IMG/VR virus record: IMGVR_UViG_3300048813_000106
Span: 1-54,990 of that record
Length of the DNA: 54,990 nucleotides
Direction: 5' to 3' (one strand)
Source: a virus
Lineage: Duplodnaviria; Caudoviricetes
The notes beneath the pieces were generated by a model. The model saw only the letters and a program-made list of their open reading frames with translations. It was not told the origin of the DNA and made no database searches. This document shows, one piece after another, positions 46,143 to 54,990 of this stretch (position 1 is its first letter; the number at the start of each line of letters is the position of its first letter). The translations under genes were made by a program, and so were the position numbers.

Positions 46143-46516
46143 CGCTCCATCGCCGCCTCAAGAACCACACGTGCATGCTTGAGCGCAGTCCGACGTTGCT
46201 CCGTCACCTTCTCCGGGTCCCGCTGACGACGCCACGAATCGAACAACGCATCAGCACCACGCGCGAGCATCTCATCTGTGACGGCGGGCACCGCGAAGGC
46301 CGTGGCAGGCAGCCAACTCTGGTTAGAGCCGTCCTCCCAACAGATCAAGAAAAGACGCTGAGGATCGGAAAACGCATCCGCTTTACTGTGGGCCGCGACG
46401 TGACCCTCTTTATCGAAGCCCCCCAGCTCGCTGTTGAAGCGCCGCACCCGTCGGCCCACCAACGCATCCGCTGTCAAGCTAGCGTGGCTCGTGTCGAAGT
46501 AGACCTCCACGCTCAC
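46139..46516 (-). CDS. Hypothetical protein
   Basis: VTDEMLARG...ARVVLEAA motif; coupled. Confidence 0.6.
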   Translation of the reverse strand: MSVEVYFDTSHASLTADALVGRRVRRFNSELGGFDKEGHVAAHSKADAFSDPQRLFLICWEDGSNQSWLPATAFAVPAVTDEMLARGADALFDSWRRQRDPEKVTEQRRTALKHARVVLEAAMER

Positions 46517-47736
46517 GTCGCCCCTTCCCTCTGCTGGCGAGCCTCAGCGACACTCGCCCTCATGGCCTCTACGAGCGGCGAATTGGGGTCGTAAGCCTGC
46601 CGCGTCGCAGGACGATCCGCACCCTCGGGCGTGTACTCCGAGAACAGCAGTTTGCCGCCCTTAATCGTCCGATAGCCGAGCACCAGCCTGCCCTTCGCGC
46701 GCTTCACAGGGACCGGTCCGTGCTCGTCTACCCACGCCTTCAAGAAACCCGTGAGACGCTTCGAGACTGAGAGAGCGACCTGCCGTGCCCCCGCCGCACG
46801 TTCCGCGTCCTCGGGCGTACGGATACCACCGTCCTTGTAGTCGTCGTCTATGGGGCAAAGGTGAGCCTTGGCGCAGTTGAAACACTGGCGCCCCGGACTA
46901 GGTTTCCAGAACCCCTCGTCCAGGTCCGCGAGCTTGAGTGTGCGCGGAGGGCCTGCAGCGAGCGCTGCATCTAGGTTCTCCACGAGGATCGACAGGCGTT
47001 GCGTGATCTTCGGGAGATCAGAGCGCACGATCCGCGCTTCCCGCACCTTCGTCCGCCGTGGGTAGAACTCACGCGTGCTGACAGCCATGACCGCAGGAAA
47101 GTTGGTCAACACCAAGTAGGCATACAGCACCATCTGGAAGAAACCGAGAAAACTCAAACCCGGCTGCTCATCGTCAGGCTCATGCTGCGGCGGCAAAGCC
47201 CAGGTGAACTTAGCGTCGAATACAGTCGCCTCGTCCGGCGGGCGGCTGAGGAGCGCGTCCAGACGGCCTGTAACGATGCGCGTGCGCAGCTCTCCATTCG
47301 CGTCCCGGTAGGTTATGGGAGCTTCGAGCTGGCGCTCCACGTCGATCAGGTTACGGATAGTGAACGCGTTGTCCGCGCAAAACTTCCGGATCGACATCTC
47401 AAGCAGCGGGATGTCACGCAGCGGCACGCGCACACGCTCGGACGCAGGCACCCCTTGCTGGCGCAGCTTCTCCTCAAGGATCGCGATGCCCACATCCACT
47501 GGCACCGTTTCGGAGTCAGCTCTTTGCATCTCGCGGAGACAGTCCGCTACGACCCGATGGCCGATGACCCCCGCCGCCTGCGGATGAGTAGACCAGCCGC
47601 GCTCGTAACGGAGCGACATGAGACTCGACAGGCCGCAGTCATCGAACTTGGCGAGCATGCTCTGACGCAACGTAGGCCAGCGCAGCGCCACCTCGTCAAG
47701 CGTCAGCGGCCCCTCGGGAACGAGAGCGAGCGTCAT
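46513..47736 (-). CDS. PD-(D/E)XK (RecB-family) exonuclease
   Basis: G..GH, VE..L, GRLD, VFDAKF, QMVLY, P.PG..C..C....C. Confidence 0.85.
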   Translation of the reverse strand: MTLALVPEGPLTLDEVALRWPTLRQSMLAKFDDCGLSSLMSLRYERGWSTHPQAAGVIGHRVVADCLREMQRADSETVPVDVGIAILEEKLRQQGVPASERVRVPLRDIPLLEMSIRKFCADNAFTIRNLIDVERQLEAPITYRDANGELRTRIVTGRLDALLSRPPDEATVFDAKFTWALPPQHEPDDEQPGLSFLGFFQMVLYAYLVLTNFPAVMAVSTREFYPRRTKVREARIVRSDLPKITQRLSILVENLDAALAAGPPRTLKLADLDEGFWKPSPGRQCFNCAKAHLCPIDDDYKDGGIRTPEDAERAAGARQVALSVSKRLTGFLKAWVDEHGPVPVKRAKGRLVLGYRTIKGGKLLFSEYTPEGADRPATRQAYDPNSPLVEAMRASVAEARQQREGAT

Positions 47737-47869
47737 GTGCCCCGTGCCCTGCGCGTCTCCCACACCCGCAACGCTCGCGCGCGCCTCTCATCCGCACCCA
47801 TGCGGTCCGCAGCGGCACGGAGCGAGGCCGCGCGCTTGGCCTGGGTCGTCCGCTTGACGTAGAACGTCG

Positions 47870-48547
47870 TCATCCCTTCGCCGCCTCACTCGCACGGGGG
47901 CCGCTTGGGAGCTGCGGCGTCTCTCCGAGATCGCCAGGGCTCAACCCCAAGTGCTGCGCCTTCGCGAGGACCATCGCCTCGATGTCCGCGCGAGCGCGTT
48001 GCACCACATTCTCGGCATGCTCGCCTAGGGAAGTAGCAGCGAACTCCATGTTCGGCACCGCGTTGCCAATCACTGCCCCGAGGTGCCGCATGTTGGCCTT
48101 GGTCGGCTTCTCCGCAGCAACCTCGAACGCCTCACGAATCCCGGCGAGTGCCCTCTCCCCGGCGGCGTGCACCTCGTCCATCGACTCAGCAAGCCGTGGT
48201 TCATAGTTGAGGCCGGGTACAAGCCGCTCGTCCTCGCGCTGGCGGATCGTGCATGGCACCCCCGTGCCACTGTTCATGCTGAATACGAACGACGCCCACT
48301 GCGCCTCGCTCATCTCGACCTCAACGAACTCGCGCTTGCGGTGTAGCCAGTCGTGGTTCAGATCGCGCTTACGGGTCGCGGTCGCGATACGCACTATGAC
48401 GGTGTGCTGGTGTCGGATATCGCTGTCGAACAGCGTCGAGCCGTGACCCGAGTTCGATACACGACTGGCGCCGATCATGCCGAACGCAGGGTGCTGTTCA
48501 TCGCCATGCTCGTCCACCGTCTGCGCGACTACCTCTCGGCGGCTCAT
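47870..48547 (-). CDS. Phage hypothetical protein
   Basis: HPAFGMIGASRV...LFDSDIRH...EVEMSEAQWASFV.SMN.G.GVPCT. Confidence 0.75.
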   Translation of the reverse strand: MSRREVVAQTVDEHGDEQHPAFGMIGASRVSNSGHGSTLFDSDIRHQHTVIVRIATATRKRDLNHDWLHRKREFVEVEMSEAQWASFVFSMNSGTGVPCTIRQREDERLVPGLNYEPRLAESMDEVHAAGERALAGIREAFEVAAEKPTKANMRHLGAVIGNAVPNMEFAATSLGEHAENVVQRARADIEAMVLAKAQHLGLSPGDLGETPQLPSGPRASEAAKG

Positions 48548-48822
48548 CCCTTCGCCGCTTCCCGTTCAATCTTCCTCCTGCGCACCTTCGCGGCCTGCAA
48601 CCCCCGAGCCACCTGAGCATGCTTAGGCGACCCCGCAGACAACCGCAACAACCCATCTTCTACACGCGCCTCACGCGCACGCATCTCATCAACCCTACGA
48701 TCCCCGCTAGCCGTTTGTGCAGACGCAGGGACACTCCCCTCCTGCCGAGGTTTCAACTCATGCAACGGCACCCCAGCAGTGCCTGTTATCGCACGACCCT
48801 CCCAGCCGCCTAGAGGGGTCAT
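48544..48822 (-). CDS. Hypothetical protein
   Basis: ATGA overlaps on both sides. Confidence 0.5.
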   Translation of the reverse strand: MTPLGGWEGRAITGTAGVPLHELKPRQEGSVPASAQTASGDRRVDEMRAREARVEDGLLRLSAGSPKHAQVARGLQAAKVRRRKIEREAAKG

Positions 48823-49160
48823 GCCGTAGCCTCGACGGGTGTGTCAAGGCGCACGCCGCAGTCGTGGCAGTACAGCCCCCGGCACCGCTCACACAGTTCC
48901 CCTGTCGGCGTCCGTACGATACCGGCGCCTTCGCCCGGGTCACACTGACACTCGCAGCCGTTGTCCAACGCCCAGTCGTCCGCCGTGTAACTAGTGATGA
49001 CTTCAGGCGCGCCCCATTCGAGATTGCGCCGATCCTCCAAACCAGCAACCACGCGCGCACAGCGAGGTTCGCCCCATCGCTTCGCCGCGCACGGCAGACA
49101 CAGAGCCTCGCAGCCCTCGACGTTGACGCCCACGATCTTGAGGTCGAATCCACTCAACAT
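48819..49160 (-). CDS. Cys-rich hypothetical protein
   Basis: LCLPCA...CERC...CHDCG. Confidence 0.6.
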   Translation of the reverse strand: MLSGFDLKIVGVNVEGCEALCLPCAAKRWGEPRCARVVAGLEDRRNLEWGAPEVITSYTADDWALDNGCECQCDPGEGAGIVRTPTGELCERCRGLYCHDCGVRLDTPVEATA

Positions 49161-49164
49161 CGTC

Positions 49165-49914
49165 CTATGCCTCCATCGCGACAGCAGCAGGACCAAGATC
49201 GGCGTAGAGAGCCCTCTCCGTCAGGCTCTCATGCTCGGCGTCCGTAATCTTGCTGTACCAGTTGTAGCCCCCGTACTTCGCCTCAAGCGCCTTACGGATC
49301 GGCTCGCGGCGTTTCGCCTGAGCGTCGAGAAACTCAGCCTTGCTCGGCTGGCCACGCCACTTCACCGTCACGCCGCCGTAGCGGCCCTCGATGACCTCCA
49401 CATCACGCAACAGGCGAGCAACCTCCATCCGTAGACGCTCCTCCGTCACGAAACAGGTGGTGCCACCCGAGAGCCTCTTCTCCCCCGTGTGGCGGTTCAC
49501 GAAGTAGTCCGTGCGGTAGGCGACATCCACGCACGCAGGGTGCCCCACGTCCGTCGCTGCCTGCGGTCCCGTGTGCCAGCCCCCAACGATCTCCTCCTCC
49601 GTCCCGTCAAGCAGCGTAATCGTGCGACGCCAGCCACCGAACCCGTCGTCTGGCTTGCCTCCCCACGTGAAGAACCACGCGAAATCACCGTCCTGGGACC
49701 AGTAGAGATGCCAGCCCTTACGCTCGTTACGCATCCGGCTGCCGATGATCGCGGCCTGCTCGCCACTCACCTGCTCTTGTGCGCAGGGCCGCTTGTCGTA
49801 GCGGCCGTACTCAGGCTGACGGTCCAGCAGGAAACACAGCGACGGGTCGTTGGCGTACTGAGCGTGCCACTCCACGCCGATGTCAAGAACCTGGATGGGA
49901 GTCTCGGGAGCCAT
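49165..49914 (-). CDS. Hypothetical protein
   Basis: W...YANDP...DGFGG....ITL.DG......GGW. Confidence 0.7.
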   Translation of the reverse strand: MAPETPIQVLDIGVEWHAQYANDPSLCFLLDRQPEYGRYDKRPCAQEQVSGEQAAIIGSRMRNERKGWHLYWSQDGDFAWFFTWGGKPDDGFGGWRRTITLLDGTEEEIVGGWHTGPQAATDVGHPACVDVAYRTDYFVNRHTGEKRLSGGTTCFVTEERLRMEVARLLRDVEVIEGRYGGVTVKWRGQPSKAEFLDAQAKRREPIRKALEAKYGGYNWYSKITDAEHESLTERALYADLGPAAVAMEA

Positions 49915-49917
49915 GAC

Positions 49918-51021
49918 CTAAAGCTCCATCGAGGCTTGGCCGTCCACGCCCTCCGGTGGAGGCGTAGTCAACGCGTCAAGCTCAGCCTCCGCATCCGAAC
50001 GCTGCTGCTCAGACAGGTCATCCCCCGCGAGCGCCTCCTCAAGGCCCTCCACGCGCCCCTTACGGACACGCTCAGCCAAATCCAGCTCCTCCTCGGTCGC
50101 CTCCACAGGATCACCCACCTGCAGCGGCTCAGGAGCCTCTACAACCTCCGCGTCAGGGACAGCCCCCTCCGCATGGGCAGAGCGTTCCCGTAGCTCAAGG
50201 ATCGCGCTCTCGATAGCCTCCAACTCCACAGACACCCGGTAGCCCGCCAACCCCTTGAACACCAGTTCGACCTTCGCCGCTGACCAAGAGTGCGGCGCGA
50301 GACTGTTCTGCTCATCCATCAAGTCCTTCGCGCGTTCCTGCTGCTCCAACGGGATGTTGTCGATTATCGCGTCCAGCAGGGCACCACGGTCCTCCGGGCC
50401 AGCAGAACGCCCGCTAGTGCCGCCCGGCTCGCCGTCACGGGCACCGGAGGCGGCCACGCCTTCCAAATCCTCCGGTGTGTAGACGGGGATGCCGCGCATC
50501 GTCTCGGGCACCAGCAGCTTCACGCCCTGGCTCATCGCACGATTCCAGAACATAGCGACGGGATACTTGATGTGGTTGGACTTCGCGCCATTCGAGGTGG
50601 GCTTATCCAGCTCCGCGAGCTTGCTCTGCTCAGGCCCCCACTCCGAGACGCCCTCAGACTCGCCGTTGCGGAAGAACTCAATCGCCACACCCTCAGCGCC
50701 CATGCTCTTGACTTTCCAGTCGTAGCCCTCACGGGAGCGGACAAGCGTCCCGAGGAGGGTACCCCGGAGCTGCGCGTGACCCTTCACGATGTCGATACCC
50801 AACATCGACTGCGCAGGGTTCAAACCAAGGTGATGACCGACGAGCATGCGAGCGAACGCCTGCTCGGCCTGCTCGACATCCTTGAACATGCGTCCAGCGC
50901 AGAGAGCCTTCGCCTCCCGCCAAAGCATGGTCATCGTCGCATCCTGCAGCGTCAGACTCCCATCGGGAATGTCCGCAGGGGCGGCGGGCGGACGGTCTAC
51001 GGCGGTGCTCGGGCTGCTCAT
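49918..51021 (-). CDS. RecT/Redbeta-like single-strand annealing protein
   Basis: G..LGL.P.QS...I.IVKG...YP.AM...RA.S.......P....G..Y.PE; GAGGAG RBS; same operon as the exonuclease. Confidence 0.75.
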   Translation of the reverse strand: MSSPSTAVDRPPAAPADIPDGSLTLQDATMTMLWREAKALCAGRMFKDVEQAEQAFARMLVGHHLGLNPAQSMLGIDIVKGHAQLRGTLLGTLVRSREGYDWKVKSMGAEGVAIEFFRNGESEGVSEWGPEQSKLAELDKPTSNGAKSNHIKYPVAMFWNRAMSQGVKLLVPETMRGIPVYTPEDLEGVAASGARDGEPGGTSGRSAGPEDRGALLDAIIDNIPLEQQERAKDLMDEQNSLAPHSWSAAKVELVFKGLAGYRVSVELEAIESAILELRERSAHAEGAVPDAEVVEAPEPLQVGDPVEATEEELDLAERVRKGRVEGLEEALAGDDLSEQQRSDAEAELDALTTPPPEGVDGQASMEL

Positions 51022-51040
51022 GGGGAGTCTCCTCACGTTC

Positions 51041-51068
51041 GGTTCCGGTAACGGACGGGACGCTACCA
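51041..51068 (-). promoter_or_regulatory. Putative extended -10 promoter with GTTACCGGAACC
   Basis: TGG-TAGCGT, 7 nt, GTTACCGGAACC, then RBS and ATG 51021; no clear -35. Confidence 0.5.
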
Positions 51069-51090
51069 CAAACACGTGACGACCCCTGAG

Positions 51091-51770
51091 ACAGCGCTGG
51101 CCCCGCCGTCTCTGCAGGGGCGGGGCCAGCAAGTCGCTGTGTCGCGAGGGCTGTTACCGGGAGTTTCCGAGGAGACAGCCGTACCCCCGCGAACCAGCAG
51201 GAGCATAGCCGACGACAGGTCTACCCTTCCTGGGAGCTTCGGTCTCCGGCATGCCGGTGGGTCGTGGTGCTTCTCCGGGCTCGGCCCTGCCTTCGGGTGG
51301 GGCCGTTTCCGTCCGGAAACTAGACGCGACGGGCGGCAGTGCACCCCGATTGCGGCCCCGAGACTGCCCTTCGTTTACCGGGCTCGCTGCTCCCTCCCTT
51401 CACCCAGAGCTCTAGGTCCATCAGGCGCTGCGTTGAGAGCAGGTGTCATCCCGTCGCGTTGCAGGCGAGCATACTCCGAGGACCAGCAACCACCGTAGCC
51501 CCCCTGAAACGACGGGAGCCCGCCAGTCCGAGGACTTGACGGGCTCCGCGAAAACAACTACTGTGCTCGATCGTGGAAAAGAGCAAGGGAAATATTAGCG
51601 ACTGGCCAGGCGTAGCGCCAGTCGTGCCCGCAGGCGCGTAGCAGGACCGCAACCGACGCGGGTAGTCCGTCGGTCGATCGGCACCTCCTACACCCGGACT
51701 GGCCGGGGAAGAGAGTCAAGCGCTGCGCAGCGGCAACCCGTCCCGCGAGAGGCCCCCGGAAAGGGCCGAA
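51091..51770 (+). ncRNA. Candidate large structured RNA, unclassified
   Basis: No credible ORF; many helices, cUUCGg loops and G-U pairs that favour the + strand. Confidence 0.45.
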
Positions 51771-51939
51771 ATCTTGGAAAACCGAGTGGGGAACAGCGTG
51801 GAGGAAACGATGGAGTCTCTTCGCCCATTACGTATAGGGGAAAAACCTTCGTCCCCGCGCAAGGCAAGAGATTGAAGAGAAAGAAGGAGAAGTGGGGAAA
51901 TCCCCAAACAGCATTAGAGCCTTGGAAAGAAAGGATTGC

Positions 51940-52404
51940 GTGATCTATACCTTTGGACAGCTCCAGGCGGAAACGCGCGAGCTGGACGGCCCCGGACGCA
52001 AATCGTATTTCGAGGCGCTTCCTGAGCCTCAGCAGCGCGAGGCATGGCGTACTTTGCGCGAGACGACGGAGTTCCGGCGTGCGCTACGAGAACCGCGTGC
52101 GGTGCGAACCGACTGGCGTGCTATCGGCGACCGGCTACGCGAGCTGCCTGCTACGGAGTATGTGCAGAGGATCGCCGGACGTGAGATTGAGGACCGTCAG
52201 CGGATCACCTGCCCGTTGCCGGACCATGACGACCACACCAGCGACTTCGGTATACGCCAAACGGGCTGGCATTGCTTTGGCTGCAATCGCGGCGGCACGA
52301 TCTACGACTTCGCGGCGCTCTATTGGGAGCGTGGCGAAGACCCGAAGGGCCAGATGTTCAAGGCCGTGCGCACAGAGCTGGCGGAAATGTTCGGACTCAT
52401 CTAA
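51940..52404 (+). CDS. CHC2 zinc finger (primase-type) protein
   Basis: CPLPDHDD...WHCFGC.RGG.IYD; AAGGA RBS before GTG 51940. Confidence 0.85.
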   Translation: MIYTFGQLQAETRELDGPGRKSYFEALPEPQQREAWRTLRETTEFRRALREPRAVRTDWRAIGDRLRELPATEYVQRIAGREIEDRQRITCPLPDHDDHTSDFGIRQTGWHCFGCNRGGTIYDFAALYWERGEDPKGQMFKAVRTELAEMFGLI

Positions 52405-52421
52405 AAACGAAAGGAAACACA

Positions 52422-52856
52422 ATGTCACTTAAAGACCGACTGGACGAAGAGACGCAGACCGCTGAGGCGTGGCGTCCCGAGCCGAACGAAGAGCTGATCG
52501 GGATCGTGCGCCGCTACAACATGCGGAAAATGGACGACGGCAGCGAATACCCAATCGTGACCATCGAGACTCCGGACGGCGAGAAACACGCCTGGCACGC
52601 CTTCCACAAGGTCGGGCGGGATCAGCTAGAGGAAGACAAGCCACGCCCCGGCGACGAAATCGGTGTTCGTTACCTCGGGAAGGTGGACGGTGAGACGTAC
52701 AGCTACCACAACTATCGCGTGGCTGTGGACCACAAAACACCGGAGCCGCCAGCAGGCAGCGACACGCCATCTGACGACCAAGACGGCCCCGGTCCCAGCG
52801 AAAGCGACTTCCAGCCCGCACCCGTGGGCGATGCGGACCAAGATATCCCTTTTTGA
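52422..52856 (+). CDS. ssb: Single-stranded DNA-binding protein (phage type)
   Basis: OB-like N-terminal domain, acidic tail ending DQDIPF; AAAGGA RBS. Confidence 0.7.
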   Translation: MSLKDRLDEETQTAEAWRPEPNEELIGIVRRYNMRKMDDGSEYPIVTIETPDGEKHAWHAFHKVGRDQLEEDKPRPGDEIGVRYLGKVDGETYSYHNYRVAVDHKTPEPPAGSDTPSDDQDGPGPSESDFQPAPVGDADQDIPF

Positions 52857-52884
52857 GGAAGGGGATACGTGCTAGGCTCGGATA

Positions 52885-53337
52885 ATGCCACGAAAGCCCT
52901 CATGCGGGTGCGGAAAGTGCCCCACATGCAGGGTGCGGCTCGCAACCCGCGAGGCGTATGCGGCTATGACACCGGAGGAACGTAAAGCATGGGTAGCCAA
53001 ACGCGACCCCGCGAAGGTGAGGGCGGCCGATCGAGCCCGCTATCGCCGGGACAAGGAGAAGCGTCTGGCTGCTCAGCGTGCCTATCAAGGGACCGTGCAG
53101 GGCCGTGCTGCTCGGGCACGCAGCCAGGCACGCCAGCGTGCGCAGAATCCGGTCAAGTACAAAGCGGTCACCGCCGTAGGCAACGCACTGCGGGACGGGA
53201 AGCTTGCGAAGGGTGCGTGTGAAAAGAAGGGACGTGACTGCAAGGGGCCAATCCACGCCCACCATGACGACTACATGAAGCCCTTGGAGGTTCGCTGGCT
53301 ATGCAGGAAACACCATGAACTCCTCCACCATCGGTAG
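52885..53337 (+). CDS. HNH-like protein
   Basis: AV..ALRDGKL....C......HAHHDDY.KPLEVRWLCRKHH. Confidence 0.8.
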   Translation: MPRKPSCGCGKCPTCRVRLATREAYAAMTPEERKAWVAKRDPAKVRAADRARYRRDKEKRLAAQRAYQGTVQGRAARARSQARQRAQNPVKYKAVTAVGNALRDGKLAKGACEKKGRDCKGPIHAHHDDYMKPLEVRWLCRKHHELLHHR

Positions 53338-53631
53338 TCGGGAGTGCGAGCGCACGGATGAGGGGCAGCAGGACAAGCTCCGTCATGGGTATCTGGCAGC
53401 GGCTAGGGAGGGCCGCCTGCCAGTCGCTGGGGATACGGCTCGCTGCGGCTACGTCAAACAGGACCACACAGGCACGGGGGGCGCATGGGGAACCGGGGAG
53501 TGCTGCATCGTCTGCGAACGGCTACGCCTCCGGGAACGGGAGCGCCAGTAGGCCAACCGTTTTGCCTGCGAAAAAGTGGGAGGTTCTATGAGAGGCGGTT
53601 TTCCCTCCACCGTCACCTCTACCGTGTGTGC

Positions 53632-54141
53632 ATGCAACTCCTAGCGATAGACCCTGGCAATGTTGAATCGGCGCTCCTGCTGTACGACACTGAGCAGGAA
53701 ACCCCGGTTAGGTTCGCGAAGCTCCCCAACGACGAGGCGTTGCTTGCTCTCGATGACTGGCCTGCGGAGAAGCTCGCGGTTGAGATGATCGCCTCATACG
53801 GCATGGCAGTCGGGGCGTCCGTGTTTGACACGTGCGTCGCTGTTGGGCGGTTCCTTGAGCGCTGGACGCATAGCGACGGCCGCTGGCGGGAGCTTGAGGG
53901 AGAGCTTGTGTTCCGCCGCGAGGTCAAGATGCATCTCTGCGGCTCGATGCGCGCGAAAGACGCCAACATCCGCCAAGCGCTACTCGATCTTTACGGCGGG
54001 AAGGAGCATGCGATAGGACGCAAGGCCGCTCCCGGTCCGCTGTACGGGATCGCGGGAGATGTCTGGTCCGCGCTGGCTGTCGCCGTGACTGTCGCCGAGC
54101 GTGTGCCTGTGGCTGAGTCGGACCAGCTTGCTCTCGTCTGA
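53632..54141 (+). CDS. RuvC-like Holliday junction resolvase
   Basis: LAIDPG..ES, AVEMIASYGM.VG, VKMHLCG...AKD, DVWSALAVA. Confidence 0.85.
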   Translation: MQLLAIDPGNVESALLLYDTEQETPVRFAKLPNDEALLALDDWPAEKLAVEMIASYGMAVGASVFDTCVAVGRFLERWTHSDGRWRELEGELVFRREVKMHLCGSMRAKDANIRQALLDLYGGKEHAIGRKAAPGPLYGIAGDVWSALAVAVTVAERVPVAESDQLALV

Positions 54142-54176
54142 GATCCTTGCTACCTTCCTGGGTGTTACCGGAAACC
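54128..54176 (+). promoter_or_regulatory. Sigma70-type promoter followed by GTTACCGGAAACC
   Basis: TTGCTC-17 nt-TACCTT with TGn extension, motif at 54164-54176, AGGAGG RBS. Confidence 0.65.
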
Positions 54177-54193
54177 ACGAAGGAGGAGACGAA

Positions 54194-54990
54194 ATGCCAG
54201 ACAGGCTGATTGCCTACCACGGCGACCCAGCACTCAAGGACGAGGCGATGGCGAAGATCGCCGCACACCGAGCCGCAGACGAGATCGCAAAGGGTGCCTA
54301 TGTCCGCGCAGGCATCAAACCCACCTACTGCGCTGTGGGATGCCTCCTAGAGGACCCAGAGGGCGGCCACATGCGCTACGAGTCCGAGTTCGGCATCCCA
54401 GCCCAGCTCGCCTACCTGGAGGATGGGATCTTCGAGGGCTTGCCCGACGAACTGGCGATCCCGTGGCCCGAGCGGTTCATGGGCGCCATCGCACCCGGCG
54501 CGGACTTGTCGAAGGTGTGGCCCAGGTTCGTGATCTGGTTGATGGTTGACCCGGAGTGGGGGCTGGTGAACGTCACGGAGGCGCAGGACGTGAAAGTGAT
54601 CTGCCGCCGCGTGGCCGACGGCTACACCCGCGACGTCCAGGGCGAACCCCTCACTGAGGAGGACGTGGAGGCCCTTGCGTGGGCTGCGCGGGCTGCGTGG
54701 GCTGCGTGGGATGCGTGGGATGCGCGGGATGCGCGGGCTGAGTGGGCTGAGTGGGCTGCGCGGGCTGCGCGGGCTGCGCGGGCTGCGTGGGATGCGCGGG
54801 ATGCGCGGGCTGCGCGGGCTGAGTGGGCTGCGCGGGCTGCGTGGGCTGCGCGGGCTGCGTGGGATGCGTGGGATGCGCGGGATGCGCGGGCTGCGCGGGC
54901 TGCGTGGGCTGCGCGGGCTGCGTGGGATGCGCGGGATGCGTTCACTATTGCCAGTGCTGACGCCCTCGTTGCTCTCCTCGCAGAGACGAT
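54194..54990 (+). CDS. Hypothetical protein with Ala/Trp/Arg tripeptide repeats (3' truncated)
   Basis: [15 protein letters not shown]...CAVGC...GIP..LAYLED.IFE.LP; open to the window end, so absent from the ORF track. Confidence 0.8.
   Translation, partial: MPDRLIAYHGDPALKDEAMAKIAAHRAADEIAKGAYVRAGIKPTYCAVGCLLEDPEGGHMRYESEFGIPAQLAYLEDGIFEGLPDELAIPWPERFMGAIAPGADLSKVWPRFVIWLMVDPEWGLVNVTEAQDVKVICRRVADGYTRDVQGEPLTEEDVEALAWAARAAWAAWDAWDARDARAEWAEWAARAARAARAAWDARDARAARAEWAARAAWAARAAWDAWDARDARAARAAWAARAAWDARDAFTIASADALVALLAET
54677..54940 (+). repeat. 9-bp coding tandem repeat G(C/A)TG(C/A)G(C/T)GG, about 29 units
   Basis: Directly visible; encodes [15 protein letters not shown]. Confidence 0.95.

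Larger units (their letters stand above)
1..54990. mobile_element. Tailed phage (siphovirus-like) genome segment; prophage vs free phage not determinable
   Basis: Terminase, portal, protease, capsid, neck, tail tube, frameshifted chaperone and tape measure in near-canonical order; phage-type recombination genes; dense small ORFs with ATGA/GTGA overlaps; no host housekeeping genes. Confidence 0.97.

Noticed and set aside
46513-47736. Cas4/CRISPR interpretation of the nuclease
   Set aside because: No array or other cas genes; its position with RecT fits a recombination exonuclease
51091-51770. tmRNA, RNase P, SRP or group I intron identity for the structured region
   Set aside because: Signature sequences not found by eye and no interrupted gene flanks it
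54677-54940. CRISPR array
   Set aside because: Contiguous 9-bp units without spacers, in frame within a CDS
1-54990. Diversity-generating retroelement, retron or stop-codon reassignment
   Set aside because: No reverse transcriptase motif or TR/VR pair noticed; core genes are full length in the standard code and all three stop codons end genes

Overview
The whole window is a GC-rich tailed-phage (siphovirus-type) genome segment, probably from an actinobacterial host. No integrase, DNA polymerase, lysin, rRNA, convincing tRNA or CRISPR array is visible. A long minus-strand late region (37.4 kb to 1.6 kb) runs: small accessory genes, putative TerS, accessory genes and a displaced fibre-like cluster, TerL, a portal/2H-phosphoesterase/MuF-like fusion, protease, scaffold, decoration protein, major capsid, neck genes, a six-enzyme glycan cluster, tail tube, frameshifted tail chaperones, tape measure (with transglycosylase domain) and one Dit-like beta-propeller tail protein. 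The right part holds three early-type units (37.5-42.4 kb +, 42.4-51.0 kb -, 51.9-55 kb +) with a P-loop ATPase, C5 DNA methyltransferase, KTSC, HNH, PD-(D/E)XK nuclease, RecT-like protein, CHC2 zinc finger, SSB and RuvC. Most notable: (1) the methyltransferase locus is coded in two frames, the second carrying motif IX and four repeated modules; (2) a glycan biosynthesis and transfer cluster sits inside the virion operon; (3) about 700 nt of densely base-paired non-coding sequence at 51.1-51.8 kb; (4) the portal carries an Acb1-like nuclease domain; (5) a motif GTTACCGGAA(A)CC recurs just after three predicted -10 boxes. All product calls come from motif recognition and gene context, not database searches.
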